Shown here one piece after another: positions 1 to 12,400 of a stretch of DNA of 55,320 bases (the first letter of the stretch is position 1; the number at the start of each line of letters is the position of its first letter). A model generated the notes under the pieces. That model saw only the letters and a program-made list of their open reading frames with translations. It searched no databases and was not told the DNA's origin. The DNA comes from Alloascoidea hylecoeti (taxonomy: Eukaryota). The stretch lies in NCBI GenBank assembly GCA_001600815.1, contig BCKZ01000010.1, positions 743,506 through 798,825 of the forward strand, in the 5' to 3' direction. The position numbers and the translations under genes were made by a program.

Positions 1-280
1 ATAATAAAGAGCGTAATATAAAAAGAAGTACGTACATGTACAATGATAATCGTGCTGTAATATTAAAAATAATGTTTTTTTATATGAGTTTTATCTATTT
101 ATGATCTTATTCCAACTTTTGATAATTTTATTCCAATTTTTTATAATTAATGGTTTAACTTCCATATCCAGTAAACCATATACCCTTCAGATTTTTCTAT
201 TTATCCCTCTGATACAAGTACAATAAAATCTAATTAATCGTAATCATGTGCGCCTCTTCATTTTCTTTTTTAATTCACGA

Positions 281-3200
281 TTATCGTCTAGATCTCAATC
301 TACCTCTCATTGGTGCCAATTTCCTACCAATTGGTGTAGTTACACCTCCATGATTAGATAAACCACTTGCGAATATATTATTTGATTGATTCGCAGCAGC
401 TGCTCCCGATCCAAATCCTATACCTCCATTGTTATTATTGTTAGGCGTTGGGGCACCAAATGTAGGCATCGAAGAAACGTTCGAGTTATTGCTATTATTA
501 TTACCATCAAAATGGAATATCGAAGCAGGATTTAAATTTGGTTGACCTGTTGATCCACCAAAGTTAAATGATTTTGGAGTCTCTGTAATTACGGGTTTAC
601 TAAATGCTGGTGTTAAGTTTAATGAGTTTGAAAAATTAAAGGTTGGTTTTGATGCTGGTGTTGTTGATCCAAATGGTGTTGTATTTAAATTATTGTTATT
701 AATCGTAGCTGTATTATTATTATTATTATTAAATAATCCTGCACCAACCCCATTATTATTGCCAAATATTGATGGTTGATTTGAAGGTGTTCCAAATATA
801 TTAATTGGTGGTGCCGATGCTGGGGTGGTTGAAATGGCATTCATTGAAAATGCATTTTCATTACTATTAGTATTATTTTTATTAATTCCAAATCCTCCGA
901 ATACAGATCCACTATTCGTTGTTGCGGTTGCCATTGAATTATTACCACCTAGAGTGAAACCACTATTTCCTGCTGGAGCCACCGTTGCTGGTTTATTGAA
1001 TGAAAATGCACTATCTCCCGCTGGGGCCGCCATTGATGAATTGTTAGTATTAAACGAAAACCCAGCGTTTGAAGTTGATGTTAATGATGCAGCAGCATTA
1101 TTAGAATTATCTAAAGTGCCTAATTTCTTCTTCGGCAATTGAAATTTTGGTCGATTGGTTGGTGTTTGGTCAAGTTGTGGAGTATTAAAGGAAAACGTTG
1201 TAGCTGCAGCTGATTTCGGGGTTGGTGTTGAAAAATTGAATACACCTTCCTTTGTGTTATTCGTATTATCAAATATCTTTTTAGATGGTGTAGAAGCTAC
1301 ATCAAATACTGCAGAAGTTGTTTTAAAGGTATCATCAAATGTGACACCTCTGGTGTTTGGTTTGTTAAATAGAGTTTCTGAACCACTAAAGTTAAACCCA
1401 GTATTAGAAGTACCAGTAGAAGGTTTTGCATCAGTAGAAAATGAACCGCCAAAAGTTTGCTTTTTTGAAATCGTTTCGTTATTATCATCATTATCACCTG
1501 AAGGTCTCTTTTTAGAAGATGATTCTGATATTGTATCTTTTGAAAGAAATGAAAAAGTAGGAGCAACAGGAGCAGCAGTAGTAGTAATAGTAGCAAAAAG
1601 AGGTTTGGGATTTTCAGAACTTTCGGCTTTATTTGTACTTTTTTGATCAAGAACAGATTTAGGCTTATCTGAGTTCAAGGAAAAGCTAAATAAAGATTCC
1701 TTAGGTTTTGTAATATTAGATTTCGATGGCTCCGATGTAATTGGCTTAGGATCAACCTTCTTGCCAAATTCAAATAATTTTGATGTACCAGACAGCGATA
1801 CCGACGCAATCGATTTTGACTCCGATGTTTTATCTATATTAAGTACAGGAGTGGTGGTTGGGGAAGGAGAAACATCTTGACTTGTTGTTGTTGTCTTTGT
1901 TGTAGATGACGGAAATGAAAATAATGGTTTAGTTTTATCTTTCGGTTCAGATGATGGGTTGGATTTAATAGGTTCAGGTGACTTTTCAGGACTTGGTCCT
2001 CCAAATCTAAAACCGGCACTTGGACCAAGCAAGCGTTTTGTCGGAGTTGTTGTCACGCCATCTAAGGTTAGATCAGGACTACTACATGTAATTTTTTCTT
2101 TGGCTGGTTCTTTATCTTGATTTTGAACTTTATTTTCATTTTCTTTTTGTTTTTCCTTTTCAGTTGTTGTTAGTTGTAAAGAGGTTGTTGAATTTAAATC
2201 AAATTTTGGATTTGCACTATCTGTTTCATCTTTTTTACTATTTTTCTTTGACAACAAAGATTGAAAGTCATCCGCTGTTGGTCTATTAAACAATTTATTA
2301 ACTCTTTGATTATCTTTCTTTCTTTCCAATTCTGACTTTTTATCAGGTGATTTCAATGATTTTGAATCATTTTTAGTATCTTCATTTTTAACAACTTCCT
2401 TTTCTTCATCTTCATCATCGGATTCATATAAGAAGGAACCTGAAAAGAAACCTTTACGTTTTGTTCTATCCTTAGGAATATCTTCTTCTTTTTGAACTTT
2501 AAAAGCTCTCTTACGAAATACCGGAATCATTTGAGTTTGAGTTGTTGATTCAACATAACGAACAGAAGGTTTTTTAGAAAGAGATATATGTGATCGTTTT
2601 GAAGGTGCTGAAGCTGGAGGGGCAATGTCTCTTCGCTTCTTAATGGGATAATCTTTATTTGGTGTTGCTTGACTTCTCTTTCGCTTTTGATGGGGTTTAG
2701 AAGGAGTTTCAAAAGGAAATTCTTCTTCTTCTTCTTCATCAACTTGTGTTATTAATTGGCTTTCATGCTGCTGAGTTAGTTCAGAGCGTTGCTGATCTTG
2801 TTGTTGAACTTTTCGTTGAACTTGTTTAACTTGAGGTTGTTGTCTTTGTGCAGGAGGGGCAGTTTTTGGTATAAGTTCAATAGCAGTAGTTCTAGTCCTG
2901 CTTGTTGTTAAGGGACTTGTTGAGATTGAAATCGATTTGAAAGGCGTTTGATTAAGTTTCAAAGCTTCCTTATATGCATTGATTATCGACACAGGATCTC
3001 TTGAATCCCAACTTAAATCTGTTGAAATTTTTGTCCTAAAATAAACGAGATATTAGTAAGTTATACTTAAAAATTCATCAAATAAAATAAAATAATAGAA
3101 TAGCAATTCTTACCCTTTGATACTACTTGAAGTTTGTAAAGACAGCTTGTCTTTGCTATCATTGTCCTCATCCGAAATTTCAATAACCTCTCCACCATCA

Positions 3201-3652
3201 ATATCATTTTTGTTTCCACTATCATTATCATTGATAGTTGAAACAGATGAATTTCTATCAAAGTCATCACTACTTGATAAAAACTTAAATATAGTGCTTC
3301 TAATCTTTTTCATCAAAGTCTCACCTGATTGTTGTTTGGTTTGATTAGTTTTCAATGGTGTGGTAGGGACACTAACGGCACCATCTCTAAAATTTGTTTT
3401 TACAAGATTTAATTTTGATTTTAAAGGGTCCCTTTTAACTTCAGTAACTGGAACTTTTGAAATCAATGCTTTTGATGGATGTTTTTCAGATCTAAATCTT
3501 GATAAATAAATATCATAAGGAGAGGAGTTCTGAGCATACCTTGACCTTGAGGATATTAGCTTTCTGCCAGATGGCGAAGTTGCCAACGGAGTAGGGGTAC
3601 TAAAGCCGCGCGTGATATGTTTTCTGCGGTCGGAACGATAAACCGAGTCCAT
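281..3652 (-). CDS. NUP1: FG/FxF-repeat nuclear basket nucleoporin, Nup1-like (2 exons; intron 3036-3113)
   Basis: ORFs 3110-3652 and 281-2992 join in frame through intron 3113-3036 (GTAAGA donor, TACTAAT branch, TAG acceptor). S/T/N-rich C-terminal half with many FSF/FNF/FG motifs. Basic C-terminus GRKLAPMRGRLRSRR resembles the Nup1 importin-binding tail. Confidence 0.7.
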
Positions 3653-3802
3653 TTCAAAGAAGTTTAGATGAAAAAAAGTGAAAGATTTTAAAAAGGAGGA
3701 AGTGTGGTATCACATCAAAGGCAGGGTAACGTTGGAGGTGACTTTTGGTTTCCGGCAATATGGCAGTCTTCCTCCCGGGACGGCCTTGCGATTCCTTTGA
3801 AT

Positions 3803-3843
3803 CCCCTGTTCCCTCCCGTCCCCCTGTTCCCTCCGTCCCTCCC
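3803..3843 (-). repeat. G-tract-rich imperfect tandem repeat (G-quadruplex-capable) between divergent NUP1 and YVC1
   Basis: Minus strand reads GGGAGGGACGGAGGGAACAGGGGGACGGGAGGGAACAGGGG: seven runs of 3 or more G. The unit cccctgttccctc(c)cgtc occurs twice. Confidence 0.75.
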
Positions 3844-4046
3844 GTCACCTTGTCTAACTAACCCCTTTTTGTTTCCATCGTCTCCCAGTCGATTTTCTGT
3901 AATTAAGTAGCCAAAGGGGTCTTGATTGTTCTTACATTCTATTATATATTATTTTATATGCATGTCTTTGTTGTTTTTAACCGGTCCAGCTGCATTGTAA
4001 TCCCTTTAAATTTTCTTTCTTTCACCGACTTAGTTGATTATTAACT

Positions 4047-6587
4047 ATGCCAAATAATCAACCAGTCCACCGTCAGAATTCTAGCGATGGTTCCAGTGGT
4101 GCCTCCCATGAAGTTTTTCATGAGAGACCCTCGAGGTCATTTAGCCCACTGCTTCCAGAGACAGAATCCAACGAGTTTCTAGACCCTCCCTCATCGAGAC
4201 AAATCTTAAGAATTGCTTTGCGTCTTCGTCTTCTTATAGACAATATCGTCCCAGTTGAGTTTGACCCTGAATTAATTGCAAAACCGGACTCTTCGATCAT
4301 CACTCCATCTGTCGTCGACTTGGCAAGAGAAGCTGCTGGTGGTAAAGGAAATGGGAAAAAGGGCACCTCATCAAGAAGATATCAGGCTTGCTTGATTTTT
4401 GCTCTATTGATTGTACGTGGTTGGTATAGAAAACTGTCCTTTGGCGAACTGCACGACTCCGAACTTTATAATGCAAGAGAGGTAGCTGCTGAATATATCG
4501 CAAAAAGAATTATCGAAAGCGAAGAAGACACAAACTATTTGTTTATCAACATGCTATGTCAAAGATACACCATTAACTTAAATAGTGAAGACTCTCCTCC
4601 TCTTAATGCTTTGGAATTGGCTGTTGATTATCACTCAACTATCGTTATTGCATCTTCTGGTTATCAACGGTGTATGCAGTGGTTATGGAGAGGTTGGATT
4701 ATACAATCTGATGAAGATCCACTAAAATACGTTATGTATAATAACTTGGATAATTCAAGACTTTTAGCTCATTTCGATCCCGATAGAATTAAAACTCCAA
4801 AATATCAAAATTTCTTACAGATCTTATTCTCTTTTATTTATTTGATATTCTTCACCTTGTCGATCAATTTCCCAACGGATGATGGGTCCTTTTCAGTAGC
4901 TGACATATTTTACTATACCTTCTCTTTTTCTTTCATTCTAGATGAATTAATTAAATTTTATCATGTTGGGAAAAATTATATTGGCTTCTGGAATGTGTTA
5001 AATGATTCTTTGTACGCTTTGGTTGCAACTTCTTTCATATTTAAAATGTTTGCAATTATAACAGTTGATAGTGATACACAGGATCATTATAATGAAGTCG
5101 CTTATCGTTTATTAGCCTGTTCAGCCCCCCTAATGTATTGTCGTTTCTTATTATTCCTGGATTCGATTCGATTTTTTGGCGCAATGTTAGTTGTCTGTAA
5201 AGTTATGATGAAAGAATCAATCGTTTATTTTGTTTTACTTTTCATCATATCTTTAGGTTTTTTACAAGCTCTACTAGGGCTGGACTCTGCTGACGGTGCA
5301 AGAGATGTCACAAAATTAGTTCTACAAGTCATTTCTCATTCAATTATTGGTGATAATGATTATGATGCTTTCAGTAGATTGGCTCCACCTTATGCTGCAA
5401 TATTATACTACATTTTTGTATTCTTATGCTCAGTTATCTTGTTGAATATTTTAATTGCATTATTTAATTCTGCATATCAAAATATTTATGATAATGCAAA
5501 TGATGAATATTTAGCCCTTTTAGCTCAAAATACTCTAAGATATATACGAGCTCCAGATGAAAATGTTTTTGTACCACCTTTAAATTTAATTGAGTTCTTT
5601 CTATTAAATATCCCTCTATATTGGTGGTTACCAAAGAAAACATTTGAGAAGATTTGTTATAATGTAATGCTTGTTGTTTATTCTCCAATTTTAGTGTTTG
5701 TTTCCATATCTGAGTCGAAAGATGCAAGAAGAGTTGGTTATAATCGTCTTTGTAACAAAGATGATGATGATAATGAAGTCGATTATGAATGGAATTTAGA
5801 TGACGGTTATGAAGAAGAATTCTCAATTGCTGGTCATTTAAATATCTCCAGTAATGAGAGTAATGCAATTGGAAATTTAAATACTTTAAGAATTAGAAGA
5901 GAATTGCAAACCCAACAACGTTTTGAAAATATAGATCCGGAATTTTTAATCGATGAGAAAAAATGGGAGGCTTCTGTTAAAGATCGTGCTCCAAAAGTTG
6001 AGGAAGGTCAAAAAACTGGTTATGGATGGGAAATGTATGATTTAGGTAAAAAATTAGATACTATGGAGATAAGACTAGAGGATATTGGATTATCTATTAC
6101 AAATACAGGTTCAAAATCAACTTCAACTGAAAATACATTAACTAGTGTTGACCAAAATCAAGAAGCATTAAAAATTGAAGAAAGGCTCAATGAATTGAAT
6201 ACAAAAATTGACGATTTATCAACTTTAGTTAAAAAATTCATTACATTACAAATCCAGAAAGAACACGCTGCTAAAATAGCAGAAGAAGTTGAAGTTGCAA
6301 ATTATGTAACCGTTTCAAATGAACAACTTCAATCTCAATCAATTCCTGATCATAATAATGAAACTTCAATTTCTCGAACACAATCCGAATCAATTAAACC
6401 AGAAGTTGCACCACAAGATACAACAGACGTACACTCTGCATTATCTTTGGATTCAGATACTGATAATTCCAATGAGCATACAACCCCTGTTGAAACACAT
6501 GAGGGAACAACATCTGGTCAAACTACTCCTCCTGTTAAAAAGCATAAGAAAAAGAATAAAAAGGGTGGCAAAAAGGGGAAAAAATGA
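4047..6587 (+). CDS. YVC1: Vacuolar TRP cation channel (Yvc1/TRPY1)
   Basis: 846-aa ORF with LNALELAVDYHSTIVIASSGYQRCMQWLWRGWI, multiple TM segments, VILLNILIALFNSAY and YIRAPDENVFVPPLNLIE, all typical of fungal Yvc1. Confidence 0.95.
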   Translation: MPNNQPVHRQNSSDGSSGASHEVFHERPSRSFSPLLPETESNEFLDPPSSRQILRIALRLRLLIDNIVPVEFDPELIAKPDSSIITPSVVDLAREAAGGKGNGKKGTSSRRYQACLIFALLIVRGWYRKLSFGELHDSELYNAREVAAEYIAKRIIESEEDTNYLFINMLCQRYTINLNSEDSPPLNALELAVDYHSTIVIASSGYQRCMQWLWRGWIIQSDEDPLKYVMYNNLDNSRLLAHFDPDRIKTPKYQNFLQILFSFIYLIFFTLSINFPTDDGSFSVADIFYYTFSFSFILDELIKFYHVGKNYIGFWNVLNDSLYALVATSFIFKMFAIITVDSDTQDHYNEVAYRLLACSAPLMYCRFLLFLDSIRFFGAMLVVCKVMMKESIVYFVLLFIISLGFLQALLGLDSADGARDVTKLVLQVISHSIIGDNDYDAFSRLAPPYAAILYYIFVFLCSVILLNILIALFNSAYQNIYDNANDEYLALLAQNTLRYIRAPDENVFVPPLNLIEFFLLNIPLYWWLPKKTFEKICYNVMLVVYSPILVFVSISESKDARRVGYNRLCNKDDDDNEVDYEWNLDDGYEEEFSIAGHLNISSNESNAIGNLNTLRIRRELQTQQRFENIDPEFLIDEKKWEASVKDRAPKVEEGQKTGYGWEMYDLGKKLDTMEIRLEDIGLSITNTGSKSTSTENTLTSVDQNQEALKIEERLNELNTKIDDLSTLVKKFITLQIQKEHAAKIAEEVEVANYVTVSNEQLQSQSIPDHNNETSISRTQSESIKPEVAPQDTTDVHSALSLDSDTDNSNEHTTPVETHEGTTSGQTTPPVKKHKKKNKKGGKKGKK

Positions 6588-7154
6588 AATGAAACAAAAG
6601 GGGTTATTATATTTAGCTAGTGACTACATACATCTATAATGCTTTTTTTCTTTATTATATTAGTATTGATGTTAAATAAGTTTATTTTTATAATTACTAT
6701 TATTATTTATTAGTAGGCCTAGGTTCTGGAAAGCTACTACACTTGAATAATAATAAAATAAAAAAAAATACATAAAAATCCAAACTTTAATGTCATGATC
6801 GATATAAATTTAACCGTCAGGAATTACTTAATATAATCCTTTAGTTCATGAGCTAATCCTTCCTCTAAAACATTAACATTAGTCAACGTTCTAGAATGGA
6901 AATAAGTAGCGTAGGTAAATCAAGAGTATATTCTAGTGCAAAAGATAACATCATTTAGTTAAAAACTCTCAACTTAAAGGATTATGAGTATATCTTGGTC
7001 TGTACATACTGTATAATACCGGGTATAATGCCATATATAATATATTCTAAATATTATCGTTAACAGAAAAATATAATCAACTTGTTTTCTATATAATTAC
7101 TAGCTACTATGAATGGAGATGTTATATCATTTTTTATAAAAGTATTGATATTTC

Positions 7155-8363
7155 TTATTGTTCTTCTTCGGCCTCGGATCCATCCATAGAACTTTCCTCA
7201 TCATCCTCATCGGTATTAGAATCTGAATTTGATTCATCACCTTTAATATCGAAATCGGCATCATCCTCATCATCCTCCATATCAACATCATTAATAACAT
7301 CATTAATACTGACTTGCAATTGTGAGTTTCCTGTTTTTTCATTATTCTCATGATTACCAAAATTTGAATTTTTTAGTTGAGATTTTGCTTTTAATTCATC
7401 ACTTAAACTTTTATCATTTATTTTATTCTCTTTAATATAATTATCAATAATTGAAAATTCATCATGATCAATCATACTAAATTCATATGTTTTATTTTCA
7501 AATTTATCATTTAATTTAATATTAATATTAAAAGTTAATCTTGTAATTGAAGAATAAGATATTTCATCAATTTCTAATAAATTAACAATAATAATTGGTT
7601 TTTTCATACCAAATACAATGTAATTCTTAATAAAATATAAATAACCTTCTTTTGTACCATTATGTGTTTGTACATAGAATTGTTTATCACTGTCATTATT
7701 ATTTCCCATAAAAGGATTTTCAATCTTGATTGTTTTATGAAGTTTTTGCAAATTTTCAATAACTGAGAATGAACTTAAAGTTTCAATTGGGATATTTGCA
7801 ACAATTGGATCAAGTTCTTTGTTGAGGAAATTAAATATTATATGAAATTGAGTATTTTTATCGGGTATTGGTAAAATAAATAAATCATTCAAACCAGTCC
7901 AAAAATCAGGAATAAGCAGTTCAATGCTTTTATTATCATTATTAAGATCATCAATATTGATAAATTTATTATCCGTTGATATTAAAGATGCATTCTTAAC
8001 CAATAGAAAATTATTTGTTGACGTTATGAAAAGTTGCAATTTTTTTCGAAATGGACTTGTGAAAGAAATGGCGGGTAGTGAAAATATGATTTCTGTTCGA
8101 CTATTATCATTATTTTTGTTTGGTAATTTTCTTCTTTTTTCATCTGGAGATGATATTTGATTAGAGTTGATACTTTTAAGATTAAGATGGTTGTAAAGAG
8201 CTTCAAAGACGGGTAGGGACGAAGGTTGAGATTCTAATAAATAGAGACACGACCGTTAGAAAATTAATAAAATTAAAAGATTTAAACGAAGGTCAAATTT
8301 CATACTTGTTACAGATTCTATTTGTGAACGAAGGTGTTTCGGCAAATGGCTTAGGAAGGACAT
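7155..8363 (-). CDS. RTT106: Histone chaperone Rtt106 (2 exons; intron 8234-8305)
   Basis: ATG 8363 (MSFLSHLP...), GTATGA donor 8305, TCTAAC branch, TAG acceptor 8234, in frame with ORF 7155-8039. Motifs SPFRKKL, GTKEGYLYF, ISYSSITRLTFN, EFSMID, DKSLSDELKAK and an acidic tail. Confidence 0.92.
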
Positions 8364-8963
8364 CACAATAATTATAAAATACAAGGAAAAGAAAAAAAGA
8401 AACACAAAACTACATGTACAAATTTTGATTATGGCAAGTGTAAGTTAAGTTGAATTATAATGCTAGTATTTATCGTGAGGCCTAAGCCCGTTCCAGATCT
8501 TGTTGTCTCTTCTGTCTGGCGTGCAACAGGTTGAGTCTTCGTTGATTCAGCAACTCCTTCTGGCGGAGACCCACGTAGTACACTCCTGCTCCAATGGCTG
8601 CCCAAAAGCCCCCGACGTAGAGATATCCGCGCGGTCTCCATATAAAACGTTTACCAGCAAGTCCGTTCTGAAATGCCCGAATTCCAAGTCCTACGTTTTG
8701 TGTTAGCCCTCTGCAAACATCCTGCGACGACAGTCACACTTACCAAAAGCCGTGAAGCCGGTCAAAGTCCCTAAAAGTCCCATTTTTCGTGTTTAATACT
8801 GCTGTTTGATCTTTGGATGTGAAGGTGTTTGTCAACCAAAACCACTGGGGCTTGATTGGTGCTGACAGCTACTGCGGCGTGCGTAGTCCCCAGCACGCCA
8901 CAACCACATACATATGCATACAAACACACCATCTTCGTCTTTAGTACTCCACCAAACAGAAGA

Positions 8964-10199
8964 ATGCTGATGGCTCTGACCCGTATTCAGATCCCGGTGG
9001 CCGGTCTCAGGATATCCGCTTTAACTTTGGCTTCTTACGTCCTCGACTGGACTCTCTACATGTATATCCCTTCTTATTTCTCCTGCGATTTCACAGCGTT
9101 TACCCATACCTAATTATCCTTCAACAGAATTATACTCATAATCTCTCTCATTTATGGCTTAAGAGTAAGCCCGAGGTTCCATGAATTTTCCTTGAATGAT
9201 TCTTCTTTAATGTCGACGTTTTACCCGGAAGATCAGACCTATTTTCCAATGCGATCTCTGGTTATATCCGCTACCATCATGCCCACTCTAACTGTTACGG
9301 TTCTCTCGTTAATTGCAAACCGTCATATTTGGAAGAGACGTCTATGGGATTGGCATATAGGCGTGCTGGCACTGATGGGTTCTATATCAACTCAATCGTT
9401 GATTTGCAATCTTTTAAAAAATACTGCAGGTCTACCACGTCCTGATCTATTAGCAAGATGCCAACCTTGGAACTTAAATCCTCCTGCGAACCCGATTTCT
9501 CTATCGAATGTTTCAATTTGTTCAAATCCTAATATTTTAATGGTTGAAGCTGGATTTAAATCTTTTCCAAGTGGTCATGCTTCAACCATTTTTGCTGGTG
9601 CGGTTTTTACAACTTTATTCCTTGCTGGCAGATTTAAAATATATAATAATCATGGTGTTTCTGTTAAACTTTTACTTGTTATAAAACCAATAGTCATAGC
9701 ACTGGTTATTTCTGCTACTAGAATATCTGATAATCGTCATTTCTTAAGAGATATTGTTGCAGGTGCAATTATTGGATGCTGTACTTCCATTTTCTTTTAT
9801 CATGCTTATTTCCCTCCAATATATTATGTTGAAAATGGTGGTCGAGCATACCCCCCAAGAAGATTTGCTGTCAATGAGTATTTCAATGGTGTTGGAGGAT
9901 TTTGGAAAATTGGAGATGAGCATGATGGTGCTATAAATATTAGAAATAGAATACCAGGTGAAAAAGTCGAAACAAAATTACCTTTCAATGTTAATCTTAA
10001 TAATTCACCCCTTAGTTATAAAGGGGTGACTAATCCAGTTATAATCCCAACACTTCCAAGAAGAAATACCAAAAGATCCATTAAAAATAATCCAATTAAT
10101 GCTTTAAGATATAAAAAACCACCATCTACTAAAATTTTAAATCGTGAGAGATTGAGAGTACATGAACATATCGATGAAAATATACCCATTCAAAAATAA
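8964..10199 (+). CDS. PAP2-family lipid phosphate phosphatase (Dpp1/Lpp1-like; intron 9062-9127)
   Basis: Three PAP2 motifs present: KNTAGLPRP, SFPSGH, TRISDNRHFLRD. The 5' exon (ATG 8964 or 8970; ...SYVLDW) joins through a 66-nt intron, GTATAT..CCTAAT..CAG. Confidence 0.88.
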
Positions 10200-11362
10200 T
10201 AATAATACTGTACTTTTATTATACTAAATTTCATATGTATGAGAATATATTTATTTACTTATAACATAAATACAACAGCAACAATGGACCACAGATACAA
10301 AAGAAAAGCTATATTATGGCTTTCTCCCTCGAAACGTTATACACTATCTTTAAACGTATGAATGAAATATGCACCCCAGTCTATCGAAAGCTTAAACAAA
10401 AATTGACCTATCTATGAATCCTGACAGAATAAGTTTATCCCAAATTGGTTCTGAAACTGTGAATTCACAAATATCTGGCTATATTATGAATATCTTTGAT
10501 CGGACCATATCATAAGCTTAAAGCAATCATACAAACTGGTTACTTTTAAAACACAAATCATTTGAATTCATAAGCCTATTTATGATTACTTAGTTTTTAT
10601 ACCCTTAAGTATTATTTTATTATGATTAGTTGCCTAAATAATGAAATATAATATAATTATAAAATTAACCTTATAATATCTACATGTATTAGGATTTAAT
10701 ACACATTATTAATACGTGCTCGTATATGTTCATTGTATAAATTAGCTACTGGTACGAGAGAAAAACACTAATAAATAACTTAATTGCAATCCACTACTAC
10801 GATAAATTTGTACTAATATGTTTACTAAATATGATTTCGTTTTGTCTTTTCTTGTGCACCTTATACGTATATACGATCGATTCTTAACAAATGAAATACA
10901 AGGTTTTATTTTTAAATTTTGAGGAACTTTAACTAATATATAAAATTTCGATTGTGGGAAACTTGTAATACATTAGGCCTAAGGGGTAAATAATGAGCCA
11001 GAAATTGTACAACACTTAATTATATTGGGTCCTATAAAATTGATAGATCTTAATTTGGCCACCAATTAAAGGACCATAGCTATTAGATACGGAGCGGATT
11101 TAAATGGTTCCAATTTTTTTAAAAAAAGACCTTGAGAGTATAAAGAAATTTAAATATGGCGTAAAAATTTTTGAAAGCAGATTTAAGTCACAACGCTCAA
11201 GACGATGAAGATATACTGTCAAGCTTAAGTTTTAGTTTTCATAGATTTTAGATGTTTTGTTTAAATTTATAATTGTGTTAAATTTAAATCAAAGGAAGTA
11301 TTATATCACATTTTATTTTTTAGATGAATTTATAATTAGTCATGGCATATATTTGTTCCAAA

Positions 11363-12400
11363 TTAAAAGAATTGTCGAATTCTATAAGGACGAGAAACTT
11401 CTTCACAATGTTCACAAAACTCGGAAATTTTATTTCTAAAAACTTTTAAACGTTCCGGGACGTCTTCATCATCTTTAACCACATCCTTTAAATATTGATT
11501 AAATGAGTGGATTGCTACAAAACTGTATAAGTCAAGTTCACCACTGGTGAGAAGATTTTTGACAAGCTCCATAAGTGATAACTTACTATTATCAGGACCA
11601 TTACCAAATCTACCTCTTGAGTGTTTATATCCAGAAAATAGTGGAGGTTTTTTAGATGAATCCATATGACGATATGTGAACATTTTCATGACCCCAAATT
11701 CACTTTCACGTTCACGTTCTTGTTCGCTTATTTCGAGAGGGTGAACATGGATATTCCAAGTGAAGTAAACTAACTCGTCCGGATCTCCTTTTTCTAAGTC
11801 TTCATCCTCTTCTTCAAGCTCGTTCTCAGAATCGTTTTCAGAGTTTATTTCACAATAATCCATATCAGCATCAGAATTGGATTCATTTTCAACATCACTG
11901 AAAAAGTCATTGTCCGTTTCTATATCATTATTTTGCGCAGTTACTTCATTAATATATGAATTTCCTTCAAAAATATTTCTTATTCTTTTAGATTCTCGGC
12001 GAATACTGACTTTAAAGAGCTGTGATTCCTGATCACCAGCCGGACCAGCTGCGGGCATATGCATAACAGTAGTTGGTCCATAAAAATCTGGATGTTTCTT
12101 GAAATACTTTTTGTTATATTCTTGAAATTTAAAATGGGTCACGAATGGGCGATAGCGATTAGTAATGGGACTAATTATGAAACTATCCGGCTGATCTTCT
12201 TCCTCTGAATAATAATTAGAAGGTCCATTAGAAATATTATCAGAAAGATCATCGGTGCTAAGTGCAACACTTTCAGTATCAGAAAGCTCATCAGCAGAGT
12301 CATCGAAATTGATTGGGTTACCATCATGATCCAAAATTTCACGTAGGGATTGCAATTCCAATTGAGAATTTTTGAATTCGTCAAAAGTACGTTTGGACAT
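11363..12400 (-). CDS. Hypothetical acidic protein, no recognised family
   Basis: Uninterrupted 345-codon ORF in AT-rich DNA, ATG in a good context (CCAAAATG), protein-like composition with two acidic tracts. Confidence 0.7.
   Translation of the reverse strand: MSKRTFDEFKNSQLELQSLREILDHDGNPINFDDSADELSDTESVALSTDDLSDNISNGPSNYYSEEEDQPDSFIISPITNRYRPFVTHFKFQEYNKKYFKKHPDFYGPTTVMHMPAAGPAGDQESQLFKVSIRRESKRIRNIFEGNSYINEVTAQNNDIETDNDFFSDVENESNSDADMDYCEINSENDSENELEEEDEDLEKGDPDELVYFTWNIHVHPLEISEQERERESEFGVMKMFTYRHMDSSKKPPLFSGYKHSRGRFGNGPDNSKLSLMELVKNLLTSGELDLYSFVAIHSFNQYLKDVVKDDEDVPERLKVFRNKISEFCEHCEEVSRPYRIRQFF

Noticed and set aside
8460..8860. GC-richer stretch as RNase P/MRP or SRP RNA (AAAAGTCCC ... 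TGGGGCTT)
   Set aside because: The putative P4 halves are only about 60 nt apart and there is no SRP helix-8 motif. Other promoters here are also GC-richer, so this is most simply the RTT106/PAP2 divergent promoter.
10270..10560. Possible LINE or pseudogene fragment
   Set aside because: All three plus-strand frames have frequent stops and no motif I can recognise.
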